DNA of 64,000 bases from a bacterium (GCA_031441465.1 JANOEP010000013.1:18562-82561); one strand, 5' to 3'. Numbered from the stretch's first letter, positions 19,113-29,204 are shown. Notes: generated from the sequence alone by a model not told the origin. Translations and numbers: made by a program.

Positions 19113-19517
19113 TCAGGTCGTCTTCTGCACTCGGAAGTTCACCGTCGCGCTGGCCGACACGTAGGTCACCCGGATGGTCCACGATCCGGCCACACCCGCC
19201 GTGGTGACGAACGTGCCGTTCTCCGCCAGGGATTTCGAGTAGACCTGCACGCCGTCGGCGTCGAGGATGACGAGCGTCGCCGTGCCGCCGGTGATCGCCG
19301 CCGACTGGTTGACGTTCGCCGTCGTGCCCGTGTTCTGCCACGTGTAGTTGGTCACGTGGGAGTAGTTTTGGATGCCCGTCACCTGGTACTGGAAGTTGTC
19401 CGCGACGTTGGTGATTTCCGGGTTGACCCCGGGGCTCGTCGTGTTGTCGCACCCGGCGAGAACCGCCGCGCAGACCGCTACCAGGACCACGCCTCGCACC
19501 GCTTGCAGATTCCGCAT
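19113..19517 (-). CDS. small beta-rich lipoprotein
   Basis: Lipobox LAGC; Thr/Asn-rich beta-sandwich-like sequence. Confidence 0.75.
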   Translation of the reverse strand: MRNLQAVRGVVLVAVCAAVLAGCDNTTSPGVNPEITNVADNFQYQVTGIQNYSHVTNYTWQNTGTTANVNQSAAITGGTATLVILDADGVQVYSKSLAENGTFVTTAGVAGSWTIRVTYVSASATVNFRVQKTT

Positions 19518-19666
19518 CCCGCCTCCATTTCCCGGCGCCATGAGAGCGCCGACTCGTCGTTACGAAAACGATACGGCTATATCACTAAAACGGCACTGAA
19601 CCGATATGGCTAAGGGCCGGCAGCGCGGGCGCTCGGTGGAGTCGGGCACCCTGTCGACGGCACGGC

Positions 19667-20743
19667 TCACTCTCTCTTGACGCGGCGATCGGCGAGCAGC
19701 GACGCGACGACCCCGACGGCCAGAATCGCCAGGACCGTGAACAGCACGTACAGGTTGAAATTCTTACCGAGCACCTGCTTCAGCCATCCTGCCGTCAGCA
19801 TCTTGACGCCCACGACCAGCAGGACCAGGGCGAGCGCGACCTTGAGGTACCGGAACTTCTGCACCATCCCGGCCAGCGCGAAGTACAGCGACCGCAGGCC
19901 GAGGATCGCGAACACGTTGCTCGTGAAGACCAGGAAGGGGTCCCCCGTGATGGCGAAGATGGCGGGGATCGAGTCGACGGCGAAGACCACGTCGGTCGTT
20001 TCGACCATGACCAGCGCCAGCGCCAGGGGCGTCAGCAGGAGCGTCCCGGGGCGGGCCTGCTCCGCGACTTCGTCGGCGACCGCGGGCGCACCGGGATACT
20101 CGCTCTCGAGCGCCGCCGCCGTCCCCGCACGCACGACGAAGCGCTCGCCGTGGAAGCGGGCCGTCACGGGGAACAGCCGGCGCGTCAGCCGGACTACGGC
20201 GTTGCGGTTCGGGTCGCCGTGATCCGTCTTGAGCAACAGCATCTTGAGCGCCGTCAGGATCAGGAACGCCGCGAAGAGGTACAGGACCCAGTGGAATTCG
20301 GCGATCAGCTTGGCCCCGACGCCGATCATCACGCCGCGCATGAGCAGGGCGCCGAGGATGCCCCAGAACAGCACCTGGTGCTGGTAGAGCGGCGGCACCG
20401 CGAAGAAGCCGAAGATCATGGCGATCACGAAGATGTTGTCCACGCTGAGCGACTTCTCGACGACGTAGCCGGTCAGGTACTTCTCGACCGCCGCCGCGCC
20501 CCCGTTCACCAGGCCATCGACGGGATCCGCCAGGACGCCGAGTCCGAACCACTGGCCCTCATACGCGAAGTACACGAACACGGAGAAGGCCAGCCCGACG
20601 GTGAGCCACACGCCCGACCAGGCCAGGGCCTCCCGCACGCCGACGACGTGGGCCTTGCGATGGAAGACCCCCAGATCCAGGGCCAGGATCACCAGGATGA
20701 AGGCGATGAACGCCGCCCAGATTCCGAACATATCCGGCATCAC
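19667..20743 (-). CDS. TerC/Alx family membrane protein
   Basis: EKSLSVDNIFV, DVVFAVDSIPA, TSNVFAILGLRSLYF. Confidence 0.92.
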   Translation of the reverse strand: MMPDMFGIWAAFIAFILVILALDLGVFHRKAHVVGVREALAWSGVWLTVGLAFSVFVYFAYEGQWFGLGVLADPVDGLVNGGAAAVEKYLTGYVVEKSLSVDNIFVIAMIFGFFAVPPLYQHQVLFWGILGALLMRGVMIGVGAKLIAEFHWVLYLFAAFLILTALKMLLLKTDHGDPNRNAVVRLTRRLFPVTARFHGERFVVRAGTAAALESEYPGAPAVADEVAEQARPGTLLLTPLALALVMVETTDVVFAVDSIPAIFAITGDPFLVFTSNVFAILGLRSLYFALAGMVQKFRYLKVALALVLLVVGVKMLTAGWLKQVLGKNFNLYVLFTVLAILAVGVVASLLADRRVKRE

Positions 20744-21189
20744 TCACCCTCCCCGCCGGCCGACTTCGTCCAGGCCACCAGGGTCGCCCGGTCGTCGGCG
20801 GTGAGGCGGGATCCGGGATGGGGCACCAGGTAGAGGCGGGGCGGCATCGCGCCGTCCTCGACTTCGCCGCGGATCTCCCGCAGGTAGTGGGTCTGCTCCT
20901 TGGGGGTCATGCGGGTCCACGTCGAGAAGTTCATCTCCTCGCGGGCCTCGCGCACGTCGTCCGCGACCAGCCAGGAGAAGGGGGCGATCCGGCTGTACCA
21001 GGGCCAGACGGTCTGGTTGGAATGGCAGTCGTAGCACGACTGCTGCAGGACGGCGCGCACCTCCGCCGGGGCCGGGATCTCGCCGTCGACCGGCGGGTTC
21101 GTCCGCTGGACCGGCACGAACTGGATCGCCGCCGCGGCGACGGCCAGGACCACCAGCGACCGCTTCGCGATGCTGCGCAGGTTGTTCAA
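20740..21189 (-). CDS. heme-binding (Haem_bd) c-type cytochrome-like protein
   Basis: SCYDCHSN.T.WPWYS, NFS.W, MPP..Y..H. Confidence 0.85.
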   Translation of the reverse strand: MNNLRSIAKRSLVVLAVAAAAIQFVPVQRTNPPVDGEIPAPAEVRAVLQQSCYDCHSNQTVWPWYSRIAPFSWLVADDVREAREEMNFSTWTRMTPKEQTHYLREIRGEVEDGAMPPRLYLVPHPGSRLTADDRATLVAWTKSAGGEGE

Positions 21190-21243
21190 ATCGGCCGTCC
21201 TTGCGTTTCCGTGTGTCGTCCGTCGCCGGTCGGTGCCGGCGCC

Positions 21244-22392
21244 CTACCGGTGATCAGTGTCCAACCAATCATACTCCCAAGTCCATGGCATTCCCATATC
21301 GCCGAGGATCGCCAGGGCCAGTTCCGGATAAATGCGTTCGGCCCGGACGTCGTTGGCCAGCAGGACCAGGCAGCGCCGCCCGCTCTCCAGACCGATGACC
21401 ATGTTCCCGGTCCAGTCGTTGTGGCCGCCCTTGAACCACGCCGGCCCGTCCTCGTTCCGAAACGTGACCAGCCCGAGTCCGGTCGCCAGACCGATCGCCG
21501 CGTGGCGCGGCTCCGTCGCGGCATCGAGCGTCGGGAACTGGTGCGCCGAGGTGATCGGCGTTTGCGGGCGGACCAGTTCGGCGCGCGACGCCGCGCTGAG
21601 GCCGTCGCCGCGCACGATGCCGGCCCAGAGGCGCGCCTGGTCGTCGATGCAGGTGTCCATGGAACCCGCCGCGCTGACGCTGCCGCGCTCGTCGTGGGGT
21701 TCCATGGCGCCGTCGAGCCCGTAACCGTCGGCGAGGTCCGCCGCGAAGTCCGGACGCCAGGTCATGCTCGTGCGGGTCATGTCGAAGCGGTCGAAGACAC
21801 GGGTCTGCATTTCACGGCCGACGTCCAGTCCGAGACCCTGCTCGAGGACGAGCTGCAGGATGTAGAAGCCCTCCCCCGAGTAGCCGTAACGGGTGCCGGG
21901 GTCGTGATGGAAGCGCAGCTTCCCGTCCGCCTCGAGCCAGCGGAAGTTGGCGAAGCCCGAGGTGTGGTTCAGCAGGATGCGCGGCGTCAGGGCGCGCCAG
22001 CGCTCGTCGGCCGCGAGATCGGCGTAGTCTTCGTATTCCGGCAGCGGGTGCGGCAACAGGTCCGCCACGGAAGCGTCCAGATCCAGCAGTCCTGCGTCGA
22101 CGAGTTGCAGCACCAGGTAGGCGAACGCCGTCTTGGTCAACGAGGCGCCGTACATGACGGTGCCGGTGGTCAGCGGCAGTTCACGCTCGAGATTGCGGCG
22201 GCCATAGGCGGCGACGTGCACGATCCGCCCGTCCGCGACGACGGCCAGGGCGAGGCCCTGCACGTCTTCGCGCGCCATCAGGCGCAGCGCCGCGGCGTCG
22301 ATGGCGGCAACATCCGGCAGCGGCCGATTTCCCGATGTCGCGGCGCAGCCCGCCAGAAGCAGAGCGGCCAGCAGCGTGAGCAACGGTTTCAT
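21244..22392 (-). CDS. serine hydrolase (class C beta-lactamase/PBP-like) lipoprotein
   Basis: LAGC lipobox; SLTK, LLNHTSG, YGYS, KGG. Confidence 0.88.
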   Translation of the reverse strand: MKPLLTLLAALLLAGCAATSGNRPLPDVAAIDAAALRLMAREDVQGLALAVVADGRIVHVAAYGRRNLERELPLTTGTVMYGASLTKTAFAYLVLQLVDAGLLDLDASVADLLPHPLPEYEDYADLAADERWRALTPRILLNHTSGFANFRWLEADGKLRFHHDPGTRYGYSGEGFYILQLVLEQGLGLDVGREMQTRVFDRFDMTRTSMTWRPDFAADLADGYGLDGAMEPHDERGSVSAAGSMDTCIDDQARLWAGIVRGDGLSAASRAELVRPQTPITSAHQFPTLDAATEPRHAAIGLATGLGLVTFRNEDGPAWFKGGHNDWTGNMVIGLESGRRCLVLLANDVRAERIYPELALAILGDMGMPWTWEYDWLDTDHR

Positions 22393-22589
22393 GTCGGGAT
22401 GTTCCTGTGGTTGGAAGGTGCCGCACGGTATCGGCGGCGGTGCGGATGGTGTCCGGAACGAATGGCTGGCTCCGCTCATCGTCGGTCATGCGGTGTTCCT
22501 GGCGCGAGCAGCCGTTCGTCAGGATATGCCGACCAGAGCATGAACAGTAATATCAATATCTCCCTGCCGCTCCCCTCCCTGGTTGCGGC

Positions 22590-22617
22590 AAAAGGCCCCG
22601 GGGTTGAACCCGGGGCC
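22590..22617 (-). terminator. intrinsic terminator
   Basis: GGCCCCGGG-loop-CCCGGGGCC followed by TTTT on the minus strand. Confidence 0.7.
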
Positions 22618-22645
22618 GGGGCGAGGTCGGCTCGATCGCTGCAAC

Positions 22646-23923
22646 TTACTTGATGAGAACGACTTTCTGCACTTCCCGGCGGTTGCCGACGTCGATCCGC
22701 CCGAAGTAGACACCCGAGGGCAGGTGCCGGCCGTCGTCGGCGATACCGTCCCACGACACCTCGTGAACGCCGCCGACCTGGTCCTCGCTCAGCAGCGTGC
22801 GCACGAGTTCGCCCTGCGCGTCGAAGACGCGGATCTGCACACGGTCCTGCTGCGGCAGCGTGTAGGCGAAGGTCGTCAGCGGGTTGAACGGGTTCGGGTA
22901 GCTGCGCAGCCCCAGCAGGTCGACCAGAGCGGGAGGCAGGCCGGTGACGCTCTCGGTGGTGACCTCGTGCAGCGGCGCCGCGGACAGGCTCACATCCATC
23001 GGGCCGCTGTGCGTGTTGACCACGAAGCCCTGCACGGCCACGTTGCCGGCGTCGCCCGAGACGACGATCACCGAGGAGACCGCGGCGGAGATGACCGCGC
23101 CGCCGGGCAGGGCCCCGCCGAGCCGGAAGGAACTCTTGCGCGTGGCGTCGTCGAGGCTGGTGGAGCAGGGATTGCAGACCGGCGTCCCAACGGCGTCGGT
23201 CAGCAGCTCGCCCGACTCCTGGTCGAAGAGGTAGACGTCCACGGTGGCGCCGGATCCCGGCGGCGTGCCGGCCTGGCCGCCCACGTAGGTCATGAACATC
23301 GTCGTGTCGAAGCACCAGGTGGTACCGCCGCCGCTGCCGGTCGCATACTTCATGTTGTCCATCGTGAAGACGCGGCCGCAGGCGAAGGCCGCGGACTTGG
23401 CGGGGGCATTGATCGGCACGGGATCGAAGCCGAAGACGGACAGATCGAAAGCGCTGGTGTGGGAGTTGACGACGAAACCCGAAACGGCGACGTCGTCGCC
23501 CGTGCCCGGCACGTCGACGACCGCGTAGCCGGTCAACGCGTTCGGCATGCCGCCGGCCGCGAGGCACAGCTCCTCCACGCTCAGGCTTAAATTGCGGTTC
23601 GCGGGCCCGATCCCGTAGGTGCAGGGGTTGCAGACCACGGCGCCTCCCGAGCTGCGCAGCGGCGAGCCGTCGTTGGCGAAGAGGTAGAGGGAAACCGGCA
23701 GCGGGTCTTCGACGCCCCCGACGCAGGCGACGCCGCCCGCGTAGGTGAAGTACATGGTCGTGTCGAAGGTGTAGACGGTGTTGGTGATCCGGCCGCTCGT
23801 TTCGAGCACGTGCGGGAAGCTGAAAGTGCGGGCGGCGGCCGTGCCGGCCCAAGCCAGCAGGGACAGGGAGATCAACGCGGCCAGACGTCGATTCCGGAGC
23901 GAGTCGGCGAGAACTTGCATCAT
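22646..23923 (-). CDS. secreted protein with two unknown repeats and FlgD-Ig/CTD-like domain
   Basis: Signal peptide; duplicated FDTTM..VCNPC..GFVVN.H unit; YPNPFNP..WDG..SGVYF..KVVLIK. Confidence 0.8.
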   Translation of the reverse strand: MMQVLADSLRNRRLAALISLSLLAWAGTAAARTFSFPHVLETSGRITNTVYTFDTTMYFTYAGGVACVGGVEDPLPVSLYLFANDGSPLRSSGGAVVCNPCTYGIGPANRNLSLSVEELCLAAGGMPNALTGYAVVDVPGTGDDVAVSGFVVNSHTSAFDLSVFGFDPVPINAPAKSAAFACGRVFTMDNMKYATGSGGGTTWCFDTTMFMTYVGGQAGTPPGSGATVDVYLFDQESGELLTDAVGTPVCNPCSTSLDDATRKSSFRLGGALPGGAVISAAVSSVIVVSGDAGNVAVQGFVVNTHSGPMDVSLSAAPLHEVTTESVTGLPPALVDLLGLRSYPNPFNPLTTFAYTLPQQDRVQIRVFDAQGELVRTLLSEDQVGGVHEVSWDGIADDGRHLPSGVYFGRIDVGNRREVQKVVLIK

Positions 23924-23966
23924 CCGGACTCCTTGGTGTGGGATAAGAGAACGAATTTCGTCCCGA

Positions 23967-23975
23967 ATTATAGCA
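23967..23975 (-). promoter_or_regulatory. extended -10 promoter element (TGcTATAAT)
   Basis: Reverse complement TGCTATAAT about 45 bp upstream of the 23923 start in an AT-rich spacer. Confidence 0.5.
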
Positions 23976-24030
23976 GGTAGTCGGCCGGAATCAGTATCAA
24001 TAGAGTCTTAATTAACGAATGATAAACAAT

Positions 24031-25122
24031 CTAAGGTGACGTCGACTCCCCCGACGCCAACCGCTGCCCGAAGTCCGCCACCCAACCGTCGAAATCCGGG
24101 CCGTAGATCCGGCGCGCCGCCTCCGGGGTCTGCTCCCGGTAGAGTTCGAGGAACTTCTCGCGCCCGCCGCGATCGACCAGCATGGCGACGAAGGCGCCCG
24201 CCAGGGGGTAACTGATCTCGGTGGCGAGCAGGCGCCAATCCGCCCACAAGGCGAGCATGTCCGGGCGGCGGTCCGCGGGCAGCAAGGACCAGGCGTTCGC
24301 TGCCAGGGCGAACCGGTCGAGACGCCGCTGGTCGTGGAAGATGGCGGCGCCTTCCGAGAGGAGGCCGGATGGGCGTCGAGGCGTCACCGCGTGGTTGGCG
24401 ATCACATGGGTCATCTCGTGACCCAGGGTCTGCCTGGCCAACGAGTGGATGAGCGAGACCTGGAAACGGGAGAACCCCAGTGTCGGCAGTCCGGCTTTCT
24501 GCGCCTCCTCGTTCGAAGTCCAGACATAGAAGCGGATCCTGCGGCCCGGCCCGCCGCCGAACCAGGCCTCGATCACGGCGAACGCCGCCTCGTGCTGCCG
24601 CGCGAAGGAATCGAAGTCGATGTCCTCCAGCAGCGGCGAGAACCGGAATTCGAAGTGCTCGGTGTCGCGCGCGGTCCACGCGGCGTAGGTCCCGTCCTCG
24701 ACGAGGCTGGTGAGGTAGAGCTTCGCCATCGCGGTGGCGTTCTTCGTCGCGTTGACCTCGCGGGCGGCGTCCCAGGCCCGGCGCGCGGCCTCGTCCTCGC
24801 CCGCGTCGTAGCGGCAGACGCCAAGGTACACCTGGCACCAGGCGTGGACCCAGGTCAGCGCCGTATCGGCGGCGGCCGCCCGCTCAAGGTAGGGCACGGC
24901 GTCCGCGAAGCGGCCCTGGTCCGCGAGGATGCGCCCCATGAAGTGATTCAACAGCGCGTCGTCTGGCTCCCGGTCGAGCAGGCTGTCGCAGCGGGCCGAC
25001 GCCTCGCCGTAGCACCCCTTGCCGTAGAGCTCCTCCAGGAGCGCGTCCTTCCCCGCGGCGGCCACAACCGGGATACTGCCCGCAAGCAGCAGGCACAACG
25101 CCAGGATCGGGCGCACGCTCAT
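24031..25122 (-). CDS. secreted TPR protein with probable gluzincin/peptidase MA-like domain
   Basis: ATG at 25122 overlapping upstream stop; signal peptide; TPR-like helices; HEMTH..SEG. Confidence 0.7.
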   Translation of the reverse strand: MSVRPILALCLLLAGSIPVVAAAGKDALLEELYGKGCYGEASARCDSLLDREPDDALLNHFMGRILADQGRFADAVPYLERAAAADTALTWVHAWCQVYLGVCRYDAGEDEAARRAWDAAREVNATKNATAMAKLYLTSLVEDGTYAAWTARDTEHFEFRFSPLLEDIDFDSFARQHEAAFAVIEAWFGGGPGRRIRFYVWTSNEEAQKAGLPTLGFSRFQVSLIHSLARQTLGHEMTHVIANHAVTPRRPSGLLSEGAAIFHDQRRLDRFALAANAWSLLPADRRPDMLALWADWRLLATEISYPLAGAFVAMLVDRGGREKFLELYREQTPEAARRIYGPDFDGWVADFGQRLASGESTSP

Positions 25123-25595
25123 GAAGTCCCCCGTCCGCCGCGTTCCCGCCACGCCCGGATCCCCGCGGCGTGCTTCGGGTAGTGGCCGAAAGTGTCGAAG
25201 CGCAGCCGCCGGCGGAAGCGCGTCTCTCGCAAGAGCTGGTCCCCGGGCACCGACTCCAGGTAGTCGACGAGCCGCCGGTGGACTTTTTCCCGTCGCGCCA
25301 GCACCTCCGGCAGCGGCACTCCTCGCAGGCGCTCGGTCATCAGCGCGTTGAAGGCGTCGATACCCCCGTAGGTGACGGAATAGCGCGGCGGCCGCCCGCC
25401 GTCCAGGATGTGGGGCAGGTGCTTCAGCGCCTCCTCTTCCCACACCGTCACGTGCGCGACGATGTCGCGGACCGACCAGTTGCCGGTGACGCCGGGCGAG
25501 AGCAGGTCCGCGTCCGTGAGGTCCACGTAGGAATCCAGGAGGTCGCGCCAGGCGGCGTCCAGGCGGTCGAGGGTCCGGATGCGCTTCATGTCCAC
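25119..25595 (-). CDS. DinB/ClbS-DfsB family four-helix bundle protein
   Basis: WSVRDIVAHV..WE and HY.KH..I..W. Confidence 0.8.
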   Translation of the reverse strand: MDMKRIRTLDRLDAAWRDLLDSYVDLTDADLLSPGVTGNWSVRDIVAHVTVWEEEALKHLPHILDGGRPPRYSVTYGGIDAFNALMTERLRGVPLPEVLARREKVHRRLVDYLESVPGDQLLRETRFRRRLRFDTFGHYPKHAAGIRAWRERGGRGTS

Positions 25596-25598
25596 TTC

Positions 25599-25785
25599 CT
25601 AGACATCGGTCAATACCGCCGCGAACGTGTCGAGGAACCCCTCGACGTCCGCGGCTTCGATCGTGAGGACAGGATCGATCCGCAACACGGCGAGACCGGG
25701 CCGTCGTCCCGTGATGTACCCGCGCTGCACCATTTCTCGGTGGACGTGCGTCGTGAACGCAGCGTCGGGTTCGTCCACCGAAATC
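25599..25785 (-). pseudogene. C-terminal fragment resembling a class III aminotransferase
   Basis: Manual translation ..REMVQRGYITGRRPGLAVLRIDPVLTIEAADVEGFLDTFAAVLTDV*; no upstream part. Confidence 0.45.
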
Positions 25786-25873
25786 CGCCCGCGCCTGTAT
25801 CTGCTTTTCGAATATCACCGTTAGCGCGCAGCCCTTGGACCGCGTCCAGGATACTCCCCCGTGCCAGCGAGGT

Positions 25874-25920
25874 AAAGCACATCGGGGTCCCCGCGGCCTG
25901 CGCCACGGGAACCCCGATGT
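25874..25920 (-). terminator. probable terminator downstream of the orphan gene end
   Basis: ACATCGGGG..CCCCGATGT stem then GCTTT on the minus strand. Confidence 0.5.
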
Positions 25921-25953
25921 CGTCCTGCGTTCCCGGCCAATCCACCGGTCGCC

Positions 25954-26544
25954 TCATTCAACAGGAGCATCTTGCGCGTGGACACGCTGTCCGTTCCCGA
26001 GAGCCGCGCGAAGTAGGTGCCGCTGGCCACGCCGTTGCCGTCGTCGTCGCGGCCGTCGCGCGCGAGGTCGAAGGCGATCCGCGTGCTGGGGTTGAGCGGG
26101 TTGGGCGTGATCTCCCGCACCGCCGTCACGGCGGGCGGGCCGCCGTCCCCCGGCACCGGCGTGGTGCCCGGGTTGAAGGTCAGCTCGTACTGCCCCGCCT
26201 TGGCGACGTCGGCCGCGCCGGTCTTCCAGATCGCGAGGCAGTAGTAACCGTCCTGCGGCACGATCGCGGGCAGGTTCTCGTCCTGGCCGGCGCCGGCGAT
26301 CCAGCTCTGGGCGACGATGCCGGCCGAGGCCGACTTGGCGTAGTACGGCAGCTGGCCGCGGTGCAGGGTCAGGCCCCAGTCGACGCCGTCGCCGCCCGTG
26401 TCGCGCAGTTCGATCAACAGCGGTCCGGCCGGCAGCCAGACATCGTACAGCTTGATCAGGTTCGTGGCGCCGAAGTTGAAGGGGCCGTAGTCGCCCTGCG
26501 GGTCGTTGTCCAGCCAGGACGACACCGCCGCGTGCACGCGGAAG
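25954..26544 (-). pseudogene. orphan duplicate of the 3' end of the 1507-aa gene (matches 30599..31289)
   Basis: About 25 substitutions by manual count, one 99-bp deletion and one 1-bp deletion next to the stop. Confidence 0.9.
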
Positions 26545-26670
26545 TCCTGGTTACCCAAGGATATCGACAACGGAGATTGTTACGCTTGGATTAGTTCCTG
26601 TAAGGGCTCACGGCCTGCGCGTCCGCCAGAATACTAAGTTCCAGGAGAGAAACCATTTAATATCCGATCT

Positions 26671-27141
26671 TCAAAACTCTGAATTGTCTTGTCGTCGCCA
26701 GGAGATCTCTCCTGACTTGATCAGCTTGAATATGACACTGACACCCGCCAAGGCTATTAGAGCGCCAGCACCAACGCCAACGGGTTTTGTGAAGGTTCCG
26801 TGCCATGTGGCGGCGTTTGCGGCGAGTACTGCTCCAAACGCCGCTATGCCAGAGCCCAATAGGGCTTCTTCACAAGTCTGCCGCCCAAGAGAAAAAACAA
26901 TGAGGCCAAAGCGGTAAGGGCAGCTGCTGTCGTCCGGTTCGAGCTGATCGGGGCTGTGGGAAGGCGCGCGGTTTGCTGATGGTGAGGCCGGGGCTTCGCC
27001 GGGAGCGGCGGAGACCGCTCCGGGATTAGAGGCTACGCCATCCGTGATCAATCCTACATCAAGTGCTCGGTCTACCCTGCGGATGGAAACAAAGGGGCCA
27101 TCCCCGGAGGAAAGCCGCCCCCCGCAATCTCGCTCTGTCAT
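26671..27141 (-). CDS. lower-GC hypothetical membrane protein, possibly 5'-truncated
   Basis: Two C-terminal hydrophobic segments; atypical composition; abuts an IS end. Confidence 0.4.
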   Translation of the reverse strand: MTERDCGGRLSSGDGPFVSIRRVDRALDVGLITDGVASNPGAVSAAPGEAPASPSANRAPSHSPDQLEPDDSSCPYRFGLIVFSLGRQTCEEALLGSGIAAFGAVLAANAATWHGTFTKPVGVGAGALIALAGVSVIFKLIKSGEISWRRQDNSEF

Positions 27142-27148
27142 AACTTAC

Positions 27149-27595
27149 CCCATGATTGCATAAATCCGAACACACGAGAGACCCAATAAGGCTGAAAGAC
27201 GGCTCCAAACATGGGATTATGTGATTACCAAGCCACAAAAACCCACGTCAAAGGAAGCCGTCTTTCATGAGATCCAGTACAGCACAGATTTTGAGCGGTG
27301 TCCACGCCATTGCGGCCGTCCGTTTCACCGACTAGGCATTGACCTCCGCGAGCGGGCTGGTCCTTTTCCAACTCCTGTTCAACCGCCTCTGCTTGCGCGA
27401 GAAGCTTCGCCGGTGTTGTCGCCATGTCAGTGGCGTTGGCGACTTCAAGTTGCCCGAGCTGTTCCTAACCTTGGTCATCCACATCCTCCTCGGTTTCCGC
27501 AAACTCGACGCGATCCGGTTCTACAGAGACGATCCGCTGGTGCTACGCGTGCTCGGCTTGCGCCGGTTGCCGGACGTCTCGACCATCAGACGGCG
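27149..27595 (+). mobile_element. IS1380-family remnant (left end plus broken transposase N-terminus)
   Basis: LTSASGLVLFQ..LLGFR.L....YRDDP.V.RVLGL.RLPDVSTI; CCATGATTGCATAAAT candidate terminal repeat. Confidence 0.6.
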
Positions 27596-27974
27596 GGGCG
27601 GAGCGACGGCTGGGAGTGAACCTGTGAGCAGGTCTATGACGAACCGATGGTCGCCTGAAAACAGCGCGGTGGACGGGCTGCTGTGTTCACGATGGCCGCT
27701 CTCGGCTCAAGGGCGGCCGGAATCGGCGGATTCGCGTGGAGGATTCGGGGGGGGATTGACGGGCGAAGACCGGGTGCGTCACAATCAAGCGGTCCGCACA
27801 GGGTCTGGTCGGGAGAATAGGCGGTTGTCCGTCCTATTCCCGAGGCGATCTTCTATTCGCTACTGATCGTCGCCTTGCTTGAACGCGGCGAGCCCTTGAC
27901 CCTCGATGAGGTAGCCCGGCATCTCGAAGAGTTGGGAGTGACCACTGCGGTTCGCGCTCTGGCCTCCTATTCAT

Positions 27975-29204
27975 TCAGTCCAGCTTCGGGAACATTGCCG
28001 CGATCTCCCTGATCCTCCTCTTGACGACTCCCGCCGTGTCAGCGTGAGCCGGCCAGTGGGCCACGGCAGACCGTACGTCCTCCAGTATCTCGCCGACTTC
28101 GCGTGCCGAGAGGCCGGCCTGCTCGCCGATCCGCAGCAGGTGGGCACGTTGCGGGTGTTTGCCTTCGCCGGCCACGGTCATGGAGTGCTCGCCGCCGGGG
28201 CCGGAGGCAAAGACCAGGTCATATGCTGGAGACAGGGACCATTCGCCGGATCGCTCGTCCAGGGTAAAGGCGAAGTTCTTCACGTGGTCGTCGCGATTGT
28301 GGGCCGCCACATTGAATGCCAGGCGCCGGTATGCGCGTGTAACCTGGCGCTGATCGCGGGTAAGCAGGCTGGTGGCCTTGATCAAGTCGGCGTAGTCCGA
28401 CGATGGAATGCGAAAGTCCGCGTGGATGAGGTTGCCGAACGTATGCACATGGACCCGCCGGTGGCCGTCGCGATCGAACCGCCGAACGCCGAAGAACCGC
28501 CCACCGTCGGCGGTCGCGAAGAGCCGGGTCGCCGGCATGTCGATTCCGGCTTCACGCGCCATGAGCGAATAGGCGTACTCGATCGGTCCTGCATCGTCGT
28601 GGTCGGTGGGAGCCGCGAACTTGACGATCCACGGTTCGTAGCCGAGGGGAGGGTCGTCGGCGCCGGAGATGACCTCGTCACGGTCGAGCCGCAGGCTCAC
28701 CAGGACCTTGGGGCGAGCGCCTCCGGGGGATCCGCCCGCGCGTAGGAGGCGAGGCAACACCTCCCGTGTCGCGCCGATGAGGATGGCATGAGCCTCTTGG
28801 GCCATATCGTGCAGATCGAGGCGGAGATTGTCGACGTCGTCCTCATCCGTCGACGGGCGGTAAGTCAGGGCTCCCAAGGTGCGCTGGCCGAGCCACGCTA
28901 GCCGATCGAGCGGCGTGATCGCGCCCGGCTGCAGGCCGAGCGTCCGGAAATGGCGGTCCATCAACAGGAGTCCCCAGCCGTCGGGCAGCGAGTCGTCGAA
29001 GACGCCAGGCAGGGGTCCAAACTCACGGTCGCGATGTTCGATCAGCCCGGGCTGGAGCGGCAGGCGAAACGGCGAAAGCTCCAGCCCGCGGTGGAGAAAA
29101 GTCGCGTCGTACTGGAAGTAGATCCGACCGTGGTCCTCGGCCAGGGTGCCGACCGACACGTCGTCGCCGGGGCCGCGACGAAGGCGAACGTCGAGCTTCC
29201 TCAT
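27975..29204 (-). CDS. hipA: HipA family kinase toxin with N-terminal coupled domain
   Basis: DSLPDGWG, GSPGGARPK, RRFDR, NRDDHVKNF, LSPAYDL. Confidence 0.92.
   Translation of the reverse strand: MRKLDVRLRRGPGDDVSVGTLAEDHGRIYFQYDATFLHRGLELSPFRLPLQPGLIEHRDREFGPLPGVFDDSLPDGWGLLLMDRHFRTLGLQPGAITPLDRLAWLGQRTLGALTYRPSTDEDDVDNLRLDLHDMAQEAHAILIGATREVLPRLLRAGGSPGGARPKVLVSLRLDRDEVISGADDPPLGYEPWIVKFAAPTDHDDAGPIEYAYSLMAREAGIDMPATRLFATADGGRFFGVRRFDRDGHRRVHVHTFGNLIHADFRIPSSDYADLIKATSLLTRDQRQVTRAYRRLAFNVAAHNRDDHVKNFAFTLDERSGEWSLSPAYDLVFASGPGGEHSMTVAGEGKHPQRAHLLRIGEQAGLSAREVGEILEDVRSAVAHWPAHADTAGVVKRRIREIAAMFPKLD

Noticed and set aside
24031..25818. 595-aa version of the TPR protein
   Set aside because: The N-terminal extension overlaps the DinB-like gene; the signal peptide begins at 25122.
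25790..25830. Integron attC site at GTTAGCG
   Set aside because: No matching inverse core or paired arms found, and no integron integrase in the window.
25821..26570. 249-aa ORF as a functional gene
   Set aside because: It is the orphan 3' duplicate: no signal peptide, internal deletion and lost stop codon.
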